Assembly: GCA_001949185.1 (NCBI GenBank)
Contig: BDGG01000001.1
Coordinates: 2,187,324-2,251,323 of the forward strand
DNA: 64,000 nucleotides
From: Ramazzottius varieornatus
Taxonomy: Eukaryota; Animalia; Tardigrada
Direction of reading: 5' to 3'
Below the pieces are notes generated by a model that ran no database searches, had not been told where the DNA came from, and saw nothing but the letters and a program-made list of their open reading frames with translations. The position numbers were made by a program, and so were the translations under genes. Shown here one piece after another: positions 14,894 to 27,859 of this stretch (position 1 is the first letter of the stretch; every line of letters begins with the position of its first letter).

Positions 14894-15743
14894 GATGACG
14901 AACTGGGTGAAATCGTTCGGCGACGTCCCATGTCGACACGGCCACGTGTTGCATAGAGGAACAGTTCTGTGTGAGTCAGTGTCTGATCCAGGGCACCCAT
15001 CCCGTTTTTACTTTTGACTCATTCAGGTCGTACCTGTCGCGCGATGAGTATCGTACCGATCGATGGTCCAGGTGATTGGGTTCGGTGGCTTGCAATATCC
15101 AACGTTGCATGAGCTTGAAAATTACGACTGGATGTTTACAACAGGCGCCCTTACCGTTCTGCACTGTGCGTTTGCGGCCGAATATTTACCTGTTTTTTCA
15201 TGGGTTCTGATGAATGTGGCGTTGGGTGGACCTCGTGCCCGGCGTGGAGCGCTCCTTTGTTGTTTATTTGGAATGTATTCGTTCGAAATTCACAAACCAT
15301 GGATTAGTGCTACCGGTGTCCTTTGTATTTGCCTCGCAATATCTCATATGCTGAAAAGTCCGGAGACAGTGGATGGATGGTTCTCATTTGACGCAATATG
15401 TACACAAAGACCGGTTTCATATTTTGCCGCATGCTACACTTTTTCGTGTTAGATATCGCATTCTGAACAATCGCCGCAAGGTTGTGGGCTTTCTTCAGTT
15501 TCACTTCGAACAATTGCCATTTCCGGGTTAACAATATCGCACCTTGAAAAATAGCATTTTACCATGAACACACTCAAGATATCTTTTGATGAGGTAACTT
15601 GACTGTTTTGTCAACAGGCAGATCAATTATATTGTAGAACAAAGTCGTGGTAATTTTCTGTGAGTTGTTGCAGTTGTTGAACTGCGACTAGGATATTTTC
15701 TGCCCGAAGTTTAATCCGGAATTTGCCGCATGCGGATTCGAAA

Positions 15744-18345
15744 ATGCTGCGTCGTTACTTTCTCGAATATTTTCTGTTGACGCTCCTCGTTTTGCTTCAG
15801 CTGCATTGCAGCAATGCGCAGCAGCACCATAATTGTCCATTGGGTTGTAAATGTGACTTCGAGAATGGGTTCAAGCGGGTTCGTTGTGAGGTTTCCAGTA
15901 GTAGCGTGAACATAAATTTCAATGAGCTGGACTCGGATATTCAGTTCCTGGAAGTACTTCCTCGTCAGCGCGGTCGGACCGACGCCTTCGGACCTTCACT
16001 GCCCGATGCCTTTGGCTCGGACTTCCCGCAGTTGCGCCGACTGGTCATCCGCAACAACGGCATCCAGCGCATACCTGTAGCCACAGCCAGACAACTGGGA
16101 AACTTGATAACGCTGGATTTGGTGGGGAACGACATCAAGGACTTGCGAGACCTGTCTCTGGACAACTTTCCCAAACTCGAAACACTACAGGTGAGTTCTC
16201 GTATTTTTACCTGGATTTTTTAATACTATATGGAAGCTAAATAAACTAAATCCTCAAGGTCTGTTTTTCCACTGTGCGCACATTTTCAGGCGATGATACC
16301 TCGAAGGTGCGCCGCTTAGAAAGATAATCTTGTCGAGGTTATTTAGCGGAGTTACCCACATTTGACGTAAAATTCAATTTGGAGTGTTTTCGTTGAGTTT
16401 CAATGCTGAGAATCGTTTTTCTGTTGCAGCTTTCGAATAACGGAATAGCGCAAGTTTCGGATGAGCTGCGAGCTTTGCGCGATCTGAAGCAGCTTGCATT
16501 GAATACGAACCAGATTCGCAGCATATCCTCCGGGGCTTTCAACGGCCTGCCCTTCCTGGAGCGTATCGAGTTACGCAATAATCGTCTGCAAGACTTGCCG
16601 AGTAATGTGTTCGACAGCAACATCCGTCTGAACTACATTGATCTTCGGTCAAACGAACTGACCACCGTACCACGAGGTAAAACCCAACCCCGAATCTCGT
16701 ATTGAGCCTGGCCGACAATTTTGCGTCTTTCAGGTGTCCAAAGCCTTTTGGGCTTGGTCAGTCTCCTTCTCGACGATAACAAGATCTCCACCGTCCCTGG
16801 CCAACTGGTCCAGGCATGGCGGAGCTCCGAGGTCCTCGACGATGTTTCACTCTTCAATAATCCTCTTCAGTGCGACGATAGCTTGAATGAGTACGTCACT
16901 TGGACTAAGACGTCTGATGGTTTCAAGAAGGCCTGTGACGTCTCCGCAGTCCGTGGCCAGGAGCCCACTTCCGGTCGAGCTAAATGTCCTGTATGCGCCG
17001 GTCCACGGTCCTTCGCTGGACAGACAGTAGATGCTGTTGATGCACGTGGAGGACCGGCTCAGAGCGATCGACCAAGCAGTGGCTCGTCAGACAGGTTCGC
17101 CATCCGGGATCGGGATCGGGAACGAGAACGTGATCGACCCTCATCTGGTTCGTCCAGTACGGATTTTGTGAGTTTCCAAGTGGTGGATTCGCCGAGAGCG
17201 CCGGCCAACTTCAACCCACGAAGAGATACAAGTAGGCCGGGCATCACACGAGCTGAAGAGGGGACCCTTGCCAAGTTGAAGCAGTATATGCCGGGAGCCG
17301 GTGTTCGATGTGGTCGGGAAAAATGTTATTTCTTCAATGCCAAGTATAGTTTTCCGTCGACGCATCCTTCGATGCGTATTATTTGTACCCGAATCGTTTT
17401 CTGATCTCATGTGTTCTTTCAGAGGTACAAGAGAATGGAGTACCGCTGAATTTACTTGCCAAAATATAGGTCTGGACTTGGTTGAGATAGCGAGCTCAGC
17501 CGAACAAAAGGAAGTGATGAGCTTTCGTAAGTTGGACAGCGGCTTGCAACTTTGAAATTGATCTTTCTGCTTGTTCGTAACAGAAGTACGGAAAACTTTA
17601 ATCTCCAGCTGGCAATCGTCTCTTGTTATTTCGTAGTGGTGGATGTTGTGAAAGAAGACCCGAAGCGTTCGTCGATGAGCCGAGGTTGGTGGATCGGGTT
17701 CAAGTACGACCCACGACAGCGTGCGGCTGTATCAGCAACAACTGGACGAACTGCGAGCTTCACCAACTGGGGTATGTAAAGTTATTTTTGCTTATAATTT
17801 TTGGACCCTTTTCGATAAATACTAGTGAAGAAAATCACTCAGTAACTGACGGTCAATAGTAAAGGTTCAAACCAAGAAATCAGAAGTAGTGTACGCACAA
17901 GGGCAATGTAGAAAAATTTTTATTGGACGGTGGCGCCCCCAGAAGAGCCGTCTTTTCGATCAATCCTACACACAGTGATCCTTTCCGTTCCACCCCAGGG
18001 AACCTAAGATGAACTACAACGAAATACTGTTTCTGAGAGTTCATTTTATCGATATCCACCGGATCACGTTAAAAGTTCTTTCATTTAGCGCAAGGCCAAC
18101 CGAACAACTTCGCACCACGTGAGGAGTGCGTGGAGATGTGGGACACCGGTGACTGGGCCGATGGCCAATGTACCTTATCCGTGGAGAACCAGTTTATTTG
18201 CCAGTCGTCTCTCTCGGTTGGTCGAGGCCTGGCTTCTCAAAACACCGCTTTACGGGGAGATCCCAGAAGATCTCCAGCCTCCGGTTCATCATCAAGTGGC
18301 GGTGGATTAGGGTTCGACACGGTCAGCTTCACCGTCATCAACTAA
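15744..18345 (+). CDS. Secreted LRR (LRRNT-LRRs-LRRCT) protein with a C-terminal C-type lectin domain, multi-exon
   Basis: Signal peptide; CPLGCKC LRRNT; LxxLxLxxN repeats; NNPLQCD...C LRRCT; Ser/Arg-rich linker; then C.....CYFF, W..AEFTC...GLDLVEIASSAEQ, WWIGF, FTNW...QPNN, EECVEM...GDWADGQC...NQFICQ. Confidence 0.85.
16265..16322. repeat. Intronic 27-nt-spacer palindrome, family A (LRR gene intron, degenerate)
   Basis: ttttccactgtgcgca-N27-tgcgccgcttagaaa. Confidence 0.7.
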
Positions 18346-18569
18346 GGGTATTCCAGCCCACCCCCTCTAATGGCCAGCAAGGCCTTAGAGACTGTAATAC
18401 ATGATCCTCCGTATGTTGTCATTCCGCACTGGTTTCGTTGTACTTAAATAACGTGTCGCTCAAGATTGAAAAAAAATGATGGCTGTAGTTTGTTACAAAA
18501 TCCACAAGAGCAAATTATCACCAGGGCATGTCATCGCTGTGTAATTTGGTAGCAGCCGTGGGCGGCTAG

Positions 18570-19800
18570 CTTCTTGCCTTCAAGCTACCTCATCAGCGAA
18601 AATAAACAGCCTCGTCCAGACGAGAATACTTTCCCGGTCAGGAGAGCGTCCGAAGCCTCGATCCGTCCCAAATACTATAGATTTGGGCCACATCGGGTTC
18701 TATTCGGTGGCAGTTTGGGCGGCTACTTGGTGCAAGTCAGTCGGACTTTATCACGAACGCCAAGAACAAATTCAGCTCGGAAGTGAACGAGATCTCCCAT
18801 ATACTGTAGGGGAGAGCGAGGACCTCGAGACGGTGCGGCAGGAAATCAACAACTGGGTTCGTCAGAACATTGATGGCAGGATCGATGAAATGCTACCACC
18901 AGCGAGGTTAGAGCAAGGTCTAAAGAACTCGCTGTCCAGTGGCGGCTGCGTTATTCATGCGCTGGATGTGCAATTTTGGTGCGTCAGTTTTGTCGTCACA
19001 AACGTGGACTGTGAGGGAGCAGTAAGGGCAGCCCCGAGGGCTACCCTTACGAGTTCACTCAATTCATTTTTGTCTTCCCGCCCCTAGGCTTCTAGCCCAT
19101 GTTTATCGCAGGGCTGCCCTCAAAATATTTACGGCTGACGTCGCAAGTACTGGTGCAGAAATTGCACATTCAGCGCACGAATAACGGAGCCGCCACTGTC
19201 GCTGTCCATGTTCATCAATCATCATCAACGGTTCGAGTATGCGTGCTGGGTGGGATTAGATGTTCAAAAACGAAGAGACACATTTGCGAGAGTTTTAGCT
19301 GCCAAATTTAGGGCGTGTCACGGTGAAAATGATGCATTATCGAAGGAGTTTTCCCTACTACGAGGATAAAGGTCACAGATGTATAGTACTTGGAGCCGCC
19401 TTGTCAGGGAAGCGAGTTTCGTTGTGTCTGATTCTTATCAAAAGCGAGCTCGAGTAAGAGTGAACAAATTCTGGCGGATATCAAAGGGAAATTAACGGAT
19501 GACAACATTGTCAGTACGTCGATGAGGAGGAGACTGAGCAAGGTCCATATTATTACACGGAATTTAAGACAGAAAATACGTTCGACTTGAAGGTCGGAAT
19601 GAAGAGCGCGTTCAAGGAAAATCCGATTTTACGAAGAAAACTCCGTCGAAGAACTTCCACCGTTCATTCATGTTCGCGGTACACCACCTGTCCGGCTTGG
19701 CTTCTTTATCGGGCGAGTCAGCTCCTTCCCTCCCTCAGACCTTCCTCCTCCAACAAAGTCGACGAGAAAAACATCATCGCTGAGGGAATGACCAAGCATG
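18570..19800 (+). pseudogene. Degenerate serpin-like remnant
   Basis: EDLETVRQEINNWVRQNIDGRIDEMLPP matches the serpin helix F/s3A motif. VKMMHYRRSFPYYED..C.VL at ~19323 and KVDEK at ~19755 resemble later serpin motifs. Stops and frameshifts lie in between. Confidence 0.55.
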
Positions 19801-20187
19801 CTCAATCGAATGCCCAACACCGTAACTGGAATATTCCAAAAATGGGCTGTGGGCACGGTTCCTCAGAAGTCTGGGGTCATAGCGTAGAGGCACAGCTGAC
19901 GAAATTTGAGAAAGGCAAGCGAGGGTTTCGGGATTGTCTTAAGAATTGTCGGCCTCCACATGGTAAACTCCGGTCCTCACCCTTGAGCTACCCTGGCCCT
20001 TGCCCAAATTTCCTCGACTTTGCCTCTACACCATGACCCCAGACTTCTGAGGAACTTTGCCCAGAGCCCAAATAAAAAGAGGATATTTTCTGAATATTTC
20101 AAAACTCGATGGTATGTTTTCTTGCTGATTCGTGGCCAAAGCTCACTAGTGCCTATATACTATATATAGTACTTTGTTGTGTATTGC

Positions 20188-23100
20188 TCAACTATCGCCA
20201 GAGGCAATGTGAAGAGCCTCGAGGTTCTTGAGGTGTTGCTCCAACAGCTCGCAGTACTTTGAGCTGGTGTGCTTTGACTTGTCCATTTCCATAGCGTCTT
20301 TGACATACGGTAGTATCATTCCGGAACTTATTTTCAAACACTCTAAGGCGTTTTCCGCGATGTCGGCGTTGGAATCGTCCATGTGTATCAACAGTACCCT
20401 GCTGATTTCTTCCAGATGAGTCTGTAGCGTGCTAGCCTTGAAGCACTTAACAGACGCTATGCGGAGTATCTCTTTCAGACCTTCTAGACTTTCGAAACGA
20501 ACTTCCAGTATCTCGTCGAGACCTTTCAGAAAGATGGGATAGACACTGACGACATCATCTGCGAAATGAAAAAGGAAAGTGAGACCTGCATACTGGTCTG
20601 CTGTTACAAAGGCACAGGTTGATGTATCCATGTGCATGATGCACGGAACTGACAACTACTTTCCCAGTTTTATTGCGTCTGACGTAAGCGCGCCCCCATT
20701 ATTCAGTTAGTTACTTTAAGGCTCAGGTTTAAGAGCATCGGAAAGACCACATATGGAAGTTTGATATACCTGGTCTTATGTTTTGTGTTGCGCGTTCCAG
20801 CAAGAGCCGGGTCAAGCGCATCGTGGCTCTTTGCGTTTCGGGATGTTCGTCTCTTGACAGCGCAGTTAGTTTCGCGATGAATTCATCCTTCAAGACGCTG
20901 ATTCTCGTTGTATCGACCAGACCGTAGTCCAGCAGGACAGCCAGACAGGAACAACAGGCCGCTCTCATAACTGTCTGCGCTCGACCGGCTTTCCATATCA
21001 TATTCGGCAGGAAACAAACCTCGATGATGTCCGCCGGTAACAGTTTCTTCTCGCTAGAGAGCGAACGGAATAATGTGTAATTTCGGTTAGGAACGTTTCG
21101 GGAAAGCATATCGCTCTTACCTGGAGGCAAATCCAGGGTGAGCTTTGTAATGTGTCAGGACAATCTCGATCAAAAGTGTGAAGACGTCGAAGCGTAGTTT
21201 GACGTTCGATTCCACTCGAAGGTTAGCTTGAAGAACCGGATACAGAAGGTCGAAGTGTTGCAAGAACACTTCCAGACCAGCCTTGAGCAGGAAGTTGTGA
21301 AGAACCCTAGCTTCGGAGGAGGTCGTGCCAGAGTCAGCCTCGCTGCAGAAGAACTCGCCGGAAGCTTTCAGATATCGCTCGGCAAAGATTTTCCACAGGT
21401 TTCCTGTGGAGCTGAGTTCCATCTGTTCAGCTAACGCCGTCATCACCGAAGAAACCTACGCGGTTAACGATTACATGGGAGGAGGTCCTCAAACGATACG
21501 TACAAGATCGCCACCTCAAGCGGCGCAGGCTATCTTTGTTGTTGGTTGAAAACGTGCGCCACTTACGATAGCAGTCTCATACGTTTGGCTTGTCGACTAC
21601 ATGCCGCTACGAACACCCTCAAAGTAGGCTGAATAGCATAACTCACCTCCTTCAAGATGCCTGGATCGGCGACCAAGCCGTCAACGTTAAGACAGCTTCG
21701 AAATATGGAATAACTGAACGCGTTCATGTTGTCTTCCGCCAGTCCAATCAGGATCAGCAAACAGTTCAGCGTGTAATACTGTTGAGACTTCTGTTTTGTC
21801 AACGACATTCTTTCAAGGTTCTCCAGCAGGACATCTTTATAAGGTAGTAGAGCTTCAATCTTGGCTCCCTGTAGCAACCCACTCAAGACCACCAGCTGAG
21901 CTGCATGGTCCATACTGACCACCAGCAATTCACAATAGATCTTCGGCTCCACAAAGTGGCCGATTAGTTTGCAACAGGCGGTGACTTCTCTCACGACTTC
22001 CGCCTTCTCACCTTTAGCCACTTGTGCTAAGGCAGGAAGGACCTTGTTCATCGAAATGATCACCTGTAACCATCAATACGAGTAAACAATACAATAACAA
22101 AAACTGTTCGTGCACCTGCAAACAAAGAACCATCATGCTGAGCCGAAGAGTGGCATGCAGGTACATAAGAAATCTCATTCGGTATTTGCCTACCTGGCTT
22201 TCACCGTGTAAAATCATCTGGAAAAGTAGCTTCAAAGCATGTATCCTGATAGTTTCTTGCCAGTCCTTCAGATCATTCAGTACAGAAGGGAGAACAGGGT
22301 AGAGTATTCTTTTAACTAGTATTCTACAGCCCAGGATGGGTCGCGGCCGGTCGGTTGGGTAGTTGTCCGGCAGAGTCTCGTAGTCCAACTGATCTTTCAG
22401 TTCCTCGCGGTTCTCCGCCTCGTACTGCTGACCAACCAAAATCCACATTCGCTGAGCTTCGCCGCAAATGTCAGGAAAGCTGTCGGAGAGACCTGAGAGG
22501 AAGAGCGGAACGAGACGATTCCAGTACGAGTACCGGTCAATGTGAGACGTCATCCAAAAACACCTGAAGACACATTTTCGAAAAAAATAAAATTTCAATA
22601 ATCTTGAAATAAATCCAAAAAATGTTTTCGACAATTCTGAACGAGTTTACGAGCTTACAGAACGTTGTAGGCTGTCCGGCGGACCTGGTGATGTGAGTCT
22701 AGGATACGCTGAGCGATGAGGCGCCATACGTCCGGTAGGCGTTTGTAGTTACCGTAGTGGATAACGTAGCCCATAGCTTCCGTATTGGCCGATCGGACCC
22801 TGGCTTGATTATGGACGAAGGTAGCAATAAGCACGTCCAAGATCGGGTCGGACCTGGAGAAGAACTCCTTCACATGAGGAACCACTGTAACCAGAGTCTT
22901 GCAACATTCCAGGCGAATGTCCGCGTGGCTGTCGACGAGCGAGCGCTCGAGGATCGATACGAAATCGTCCATATAATACTTCATTGCACTCCCTACGAAT
23001 CGAAATGAATGTTTGTACCTATATATTCTGCAGGAATTCCGTAGAAAACTGTCGGTTATGCATTAACGCGAAGAGTTACACCGAATACCTTTCTGCTGGC

Positions 23101-23467
23101 ATATTTGACAAAGTAACCTTATCAGCAGTAAACGAATTTCCTCGGCCTCTTCCGTGACGATTTTCCCAGCAAGTCGTAGTTTCAACGCGTTGAAGACACA
23201 AGGAAGTGATCCGTCCACCTGAACCCCATTTATCACGAACTCAGTGTACGTTTTGACGGCTTTCTCCCGTACACTTTCGGAAGGGTCCTCAAAGAGAAAC
23301 ACGACTTGGTTAAGAGCTTCCACAACAGATTCAAATTGATGCTCCGATTTTTTCTCTGGTGAAAGGATGTATTTGGTGACGTTAGTCAAAACGGAGAGCT
23401 TTGCAGGTCTTGTGGACGATTTCAGACCAGAAAGAATGTCCCGCAAGTCATCTAAAGTATCCATCAT
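20188..23467 (-). CDS. DNAAF5: Dynein axonemal assembly factor 5 (HEATR2), HEAT repeats, multi-exon
   Basis: EEAEEIRLLL, DRYSYWNRLVPLFLSGLSD, VGQQYEAEN.EELKDQLDY, RPILGCR.LV, WKAGRAQTVMR. Confidence 0.88.
20584..20633. repeat. Intronic palindrome, family B (DNAAF5 intron, degenerate)
   Basis: acctgcatac...gtatccatgt, 50 bp. Confidence 0.5.
21517..21565. repeat. Intronic 27-nt-spacer palindrome, family A (DNAAF5 intron)
   Basis: caagcggcgca-N27-tgcgccactta. Confidence 0.8.
22111..22165. repeat. Intronic palindrome, family B (DNAAF5 intron)
   Basis: tgcacctgcaaac...gcatgcaggtaca, 49 bp core. Confidence 0.65.
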
Positions 23468-23843
23468 GCGCCGAGTTCCGACACGGAAGTCACACACGGC
23501 AAGCAGTTGCTTCCACTCTAATTGTTTCTCTGCGTGATGCTGACTCTGGACTAATCAGCTGCTTGTCTACGAAGAAGTTCGATCTTGACAACCGAACACC
23601 CCTATCCACTGTGCAGTCCCCATATGCAAAATGCTCTGCCTTGTTATTCGGCCTACACCTACTGAAGTCTACTTCCGATGGGGAATTTTGATCTAGTATA
23701 CATCTGTAAGGAAGTCAGGCCCGAAAAGAGTTCTGCACCTTCTCCAGCCACATTGAAGGATAGCTGAAGCTTACAAGTATTATGAATATTTCAAATCCTA
23801 ACTAACGGATCGCCCAATCAAAATTCTGTCCGGTCGAAGGAAG

Positions 23844-26150
23844 ATGTCAAAGCCCGCAAAGTTACCAAGGAAGAAAGTAAGGTTTTGCTTGCTTCAACCG
23901 AACTTATGGAAAGCGTCTCAGCTCCTTGAAAAACTATATTTCGAATTTGGTGATGTAGCTAGAGAAAGATGTGCAGCTCATCCCCGAGCCCTCTCGCGCC
24001 GTCGGTCCTGCCTCCGACTTCCAACGGAAGACTGCTACTGACAGCATCCAGCGGGAAGCAGACCGTCCTAGTCGCGTTGATTCAGAGCTCTTCGGTGCCT
24101 CGCTTTGCGAGTTTGTGCCTAAGCTGACATGGGTGATGGACGAATCTTACGTCCATTCGAAGTGGTATCTGAAAAGAGAAGAAGCTAGGAAAAGCCGAAC
24201 CCGCCCATGGCAAGCATCGGGCCTCGCACAGCGTTGGAGAGAGAATGGACAGTTCTCCGAGCTGGAAAAAAAGACTAGTGAAGACCTGGGCTTCGATGAA
24301 CTGGACGACGAGAAGCTCGACGATCCCCACCTGTTTGACTTTGATGCCATCGAAGCGGAAAGGGCGGCCAAGAAGAAACAGAAAGCGGTAAAGAAGGTCA
24401 CTATAGACGCCTATGCATTGTACCATATGCCCATCGAAAGACCATCAACGTCCAAGGAAGAACCAGATTCGCGGTTTCACTACGAGGTGAAATAAAATTT
24501 TTACTGAGATACTCTTCTTGGTTATGCACTACGTGTACTGACTGTATTGCGCCATTTGACCCCTAGCGCCCAGTAAGGCCTTCTAACAAAGAGCCATCCG
24601 AAGTCTCACTTCCGCCCATACCTGTGACGCTGAAGGCCATCGTAGTTGACGGAGACCCAGCTGCCTTTGCCGCATGTAGCTTTACGGGTCGAACACAGCG
24701 GACATCGACGGAGGTATTCGACCAGTTCCAGAAATGCTTGACTAGTTGTCAAACACTCCTGCCGAACGGACCGTTCCGAATACTTCCTCCAAAAGGCATC
24801 AGCGCCAACGCGATCTACCAAAAGCAAGCTTCGGTCAAGAAAGGGAAAGGTGGTAAGAAAAAGAAGTCGAAAGGCGGAAGAGACAAAGCCAGGAAACAAG
24901 CCACACCTCCGAATGCCGAAGAACATCAGAAGATAAACTCACCTGTCCAGATAGGCTCGCCTGATCAATACGTCAGCTTTGGTGATCCATCAGCGCCTTT
25001 GGCTTTCGCTGACGACCTCCTGCAGCTCGCCTCCAAGTCCCCGGTAGAGCGAGAGACGGCGCTGAAATGCCTGCAGCATCAAGAAGCCACTAACCTACGA
25101 GAACAGCAGACGATGCAACTATGGCGGAAGTGCACAACGGAGGAGATGTGGAAACGGAAGAGACAGCGGAAGGTCCTCCAGCGATACCTACAAGCTCATA
25201 TGGTAGACTCTGCTTGTAACCTGCACAAACAGACAAAACAGAGGGGTGATTTGGATGACAGTGACGGAGATCACAGTCAGGACTCTGGTGATGCCTCTAG
25301 ACTTCAAAAGCCCATCGACGCCGATGACGAGTATCGCACTGCGGAAGACACCTCCACGTCTATAGATGACGAAGACACAGTCCATTGCTACGACCACACG
25401 TTTCTCAACGATCTGGACAAGGAACCGACACATCAAGCGAATAGTGCAGCGTCTGAGGCGAACGGTCCCCCACCAACTGCCTTTATGTCGTTCTCTCGAC
25501 CGGAGCTCCACAAACGTGCAAAGTTCCAGGACTTACCTCGGGATGACTACCGCGACTTGGCCAGTACGAACCTTCACCATCTTCACCACTATGAATTCGA
25601 GGAAGACAGTACCTGCTATTGTCAGTGTGAGTCAGAGTGGGAGACGGACGACGACCCGGCAGTTGGAAGTGCGGATGGGAAGACTCCGCTGCGAGCAGCG
25701 CCGCCTTTTCGACTCGTATCTGCTGAGAAGGGATCATTAGCGGTGGATTCTCTCTTCGACCCTAGCATCCGTCTACCGTCTAAAATGCTAAAGAAACTTA
25801 CGAAGCGTTTGGAATTGATGGGAAACTTTGACGTAAGGAAGACCACTTACAAGAAACCGAAGAAGCCGCTTATTAGCTTCGCAGTCCACGGACAGAAGCT
25901 CCGTTTCGTGAAGTCATCTGTAAAGATACCGGAAACAAACCCCAATAGATCGAAGCAGAGTGAAGATAGTTTACTGGATGAAGTTATTATTTATTCCGGG
26001 CCTCGTCGAAGCTCACATGCGGACGGACCTGGAACCAAACCGAAGTCCTTTCCTTCTCGGGAGTTTCTGAACTCGGTGTGCGATGGCTTCAGCAATGAAT
26101 GTGAGAAAGGCGACAGAGAGCACATCGACATAACAGCAATGACTATCTAG
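23844..26150 (+). CDS. Uncharacterised ~700 aa charged, low-complexity protein, 3 exons (23844-23876, 23977-24486, 24567-26150)
   Basis: Two long ORFs join in frame across phase-0 GT-AG introns. The protein has Lys-rich NLS-like tracts and acidic tracts. I recognise no domain. Confidence 0.7.
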
Positions 26151-26799
26151 CTGTTCTTATTTTTGCCCGCAGAAGGCATCTTTTTTCACAGGAAAGGCAA
26201 CTTCGAAACAACACATCTTAACGTCCCAACAAACGCTAACAGACCAGAAATAACAGCTACACCCCGATCTAACTAATAAAAGAGTTACACAGCAAATTGT
26301 AAATGATGCCTCCCACAACTAACACCAAAGGCAGCTCGTATAAAAAGAATGATGATTTCCGCCGAAGCATTCGCCTGTCAAAGCGAAAGCAAAGTCAAAA
26401 GTCACCCTTTTACAGACTGTCGTTCTTGTTGTAGCCCTTTGGGAAGACACAAGTATTACGTAAGATTCGGCAAACCGAATGGATCAAAGCCGCGCCCATT
26501 GCTTTCCTTTGGTAGGGGGGTCCATCCGGCGCCTTTGATCTTGTCTTACGTAATACTTGTGTCTTCCCTTTCTCGGCTGACTCAGCCGACTTAGCCAGCG
26601 GTGCATGACACGCACATAGGTGCTTCTGTTCGACACGCACATACATAAGCGTTTTCACCAATGGTTGAGCTGATTGAGACGGTAATAAACTCGAACGCCC
26701 CAAAACTGCTCGAACAACATTTCATGCGATAAGTACGTAGGCTGTGCGTGCTACCCAATTAGCAGTCAAGTGAGCCAAGTTAGTCGAGAAAGGGATTCC

Positions 26800-27765
26800 A
26801 ACCATCTCTGCAGCTGCACAGTAAAAACAAAAGTTGCCCACATCAACCGGCGATAGCTCGGTAATCAGAATATTCATAGCTGGATATCGTACCTTCTCTA
26901 TCGACTGCTCATCGCACTGGCAAAGCACTCGTTGCCCCGAACCCTGCAACTGTGCAACAAGTGCCTTTAATGCCTTGGAAGTTGGATGGAATAGCCAGTT
27001 GATTCGGCGGATAAAATTGTCACTATCTCTTGTTTATAAACCTACTGTTGGTACGGTGCCGTTGGGTTCTTGTCTTTTCCAGAGGGTTTTGGTCCCTCGT
27101 CCTCAACGCGAAGTCTGGACAGAATACGCACGCATCCCTGTCCCGTTCAGCCCACTGGCTCCTTCCTGAATGGTCGAAAGTTACTCACCAGTCCTGACTC
27201 CTTCGTCGGGATAATGTGTAGCTTGTGGAACTCGCTGGGCTTCCCAGCTGCTGCCTATGAAACTAAGCGGAAATTTGAACTAGCTCTCGAGTCTGTTGAC
27301 TGGTAGTCTTTTCCTTTGCTAAACCGACTTTTTCCTTCTGACTTATTGTTCTGATCTCTTTCCGTTGATTATTGTAAGCAAAGGGTGGTCAAGACAAACA
27401 TTTTGGGAATAGTGGTATACGGAGCCCTCCTGCGACAGCCACTCTAATGTTGGCCTAGCAAGGTTGATTGCAAACGGAACCATGGACCGGGGTAAACTCC
27501 TTAGTGAGTGGATCCGGTAGCCCACAGTCTCAGAAGCCCTGTTGGCTTGAGCTCGGACTGAGAAACCGTCCTCTGACGAAGAAAGATGGCTGGGCAGCCG
27601 AAGTGGCAAAATCAACATCTGCCAGCCCTGAAATGCTAACTTTACAAATGATACTCTTTTCCGACTGTATTCTACCGATATTGTGATGTCCTGTGGCCTT
27701 GATGGGACAAGTTCCCGTGCTGATGGACTTTAAACCAATAAAACTAAACCTAAACCTAACCTAAG
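26800..27765 (+). mobile_element. Probable decayed 3' end of a non-LTR retrotransposon (CR1/L2-like)
   Basis: Frameshifted fragments resemble RT C-terminal motifs (SLVYK.TV, F.N.T.D.W..L). The region ends in AATAAA followed by short (ctaaac/ctaac)n repeats at 27737-27764. Confidence 0.35.
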
Positions 27766-27859
27766 AGAAAACCAATAAAATCAGTTCGTGAAGGCGACTG
27801 AATCGAGAATTCGGGAATTGGAATTACGTTTCTGGTCGACTTTTAGACCACGCTATGAT

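Noticed and set aside
14428-15534. Hydrophobic, Cys-rich ORFs upstream of the LRR gene
   Set aside because: T-rich low-complexity sequence, probably a 5'-UTR intron, with no domain signal.
27741-27764. Telomere-like (ctaaac/ctaac)n tract
   Set aside because: Only about 4 irregular units follow an AATAAA; this is better explained as a retroelement tail.
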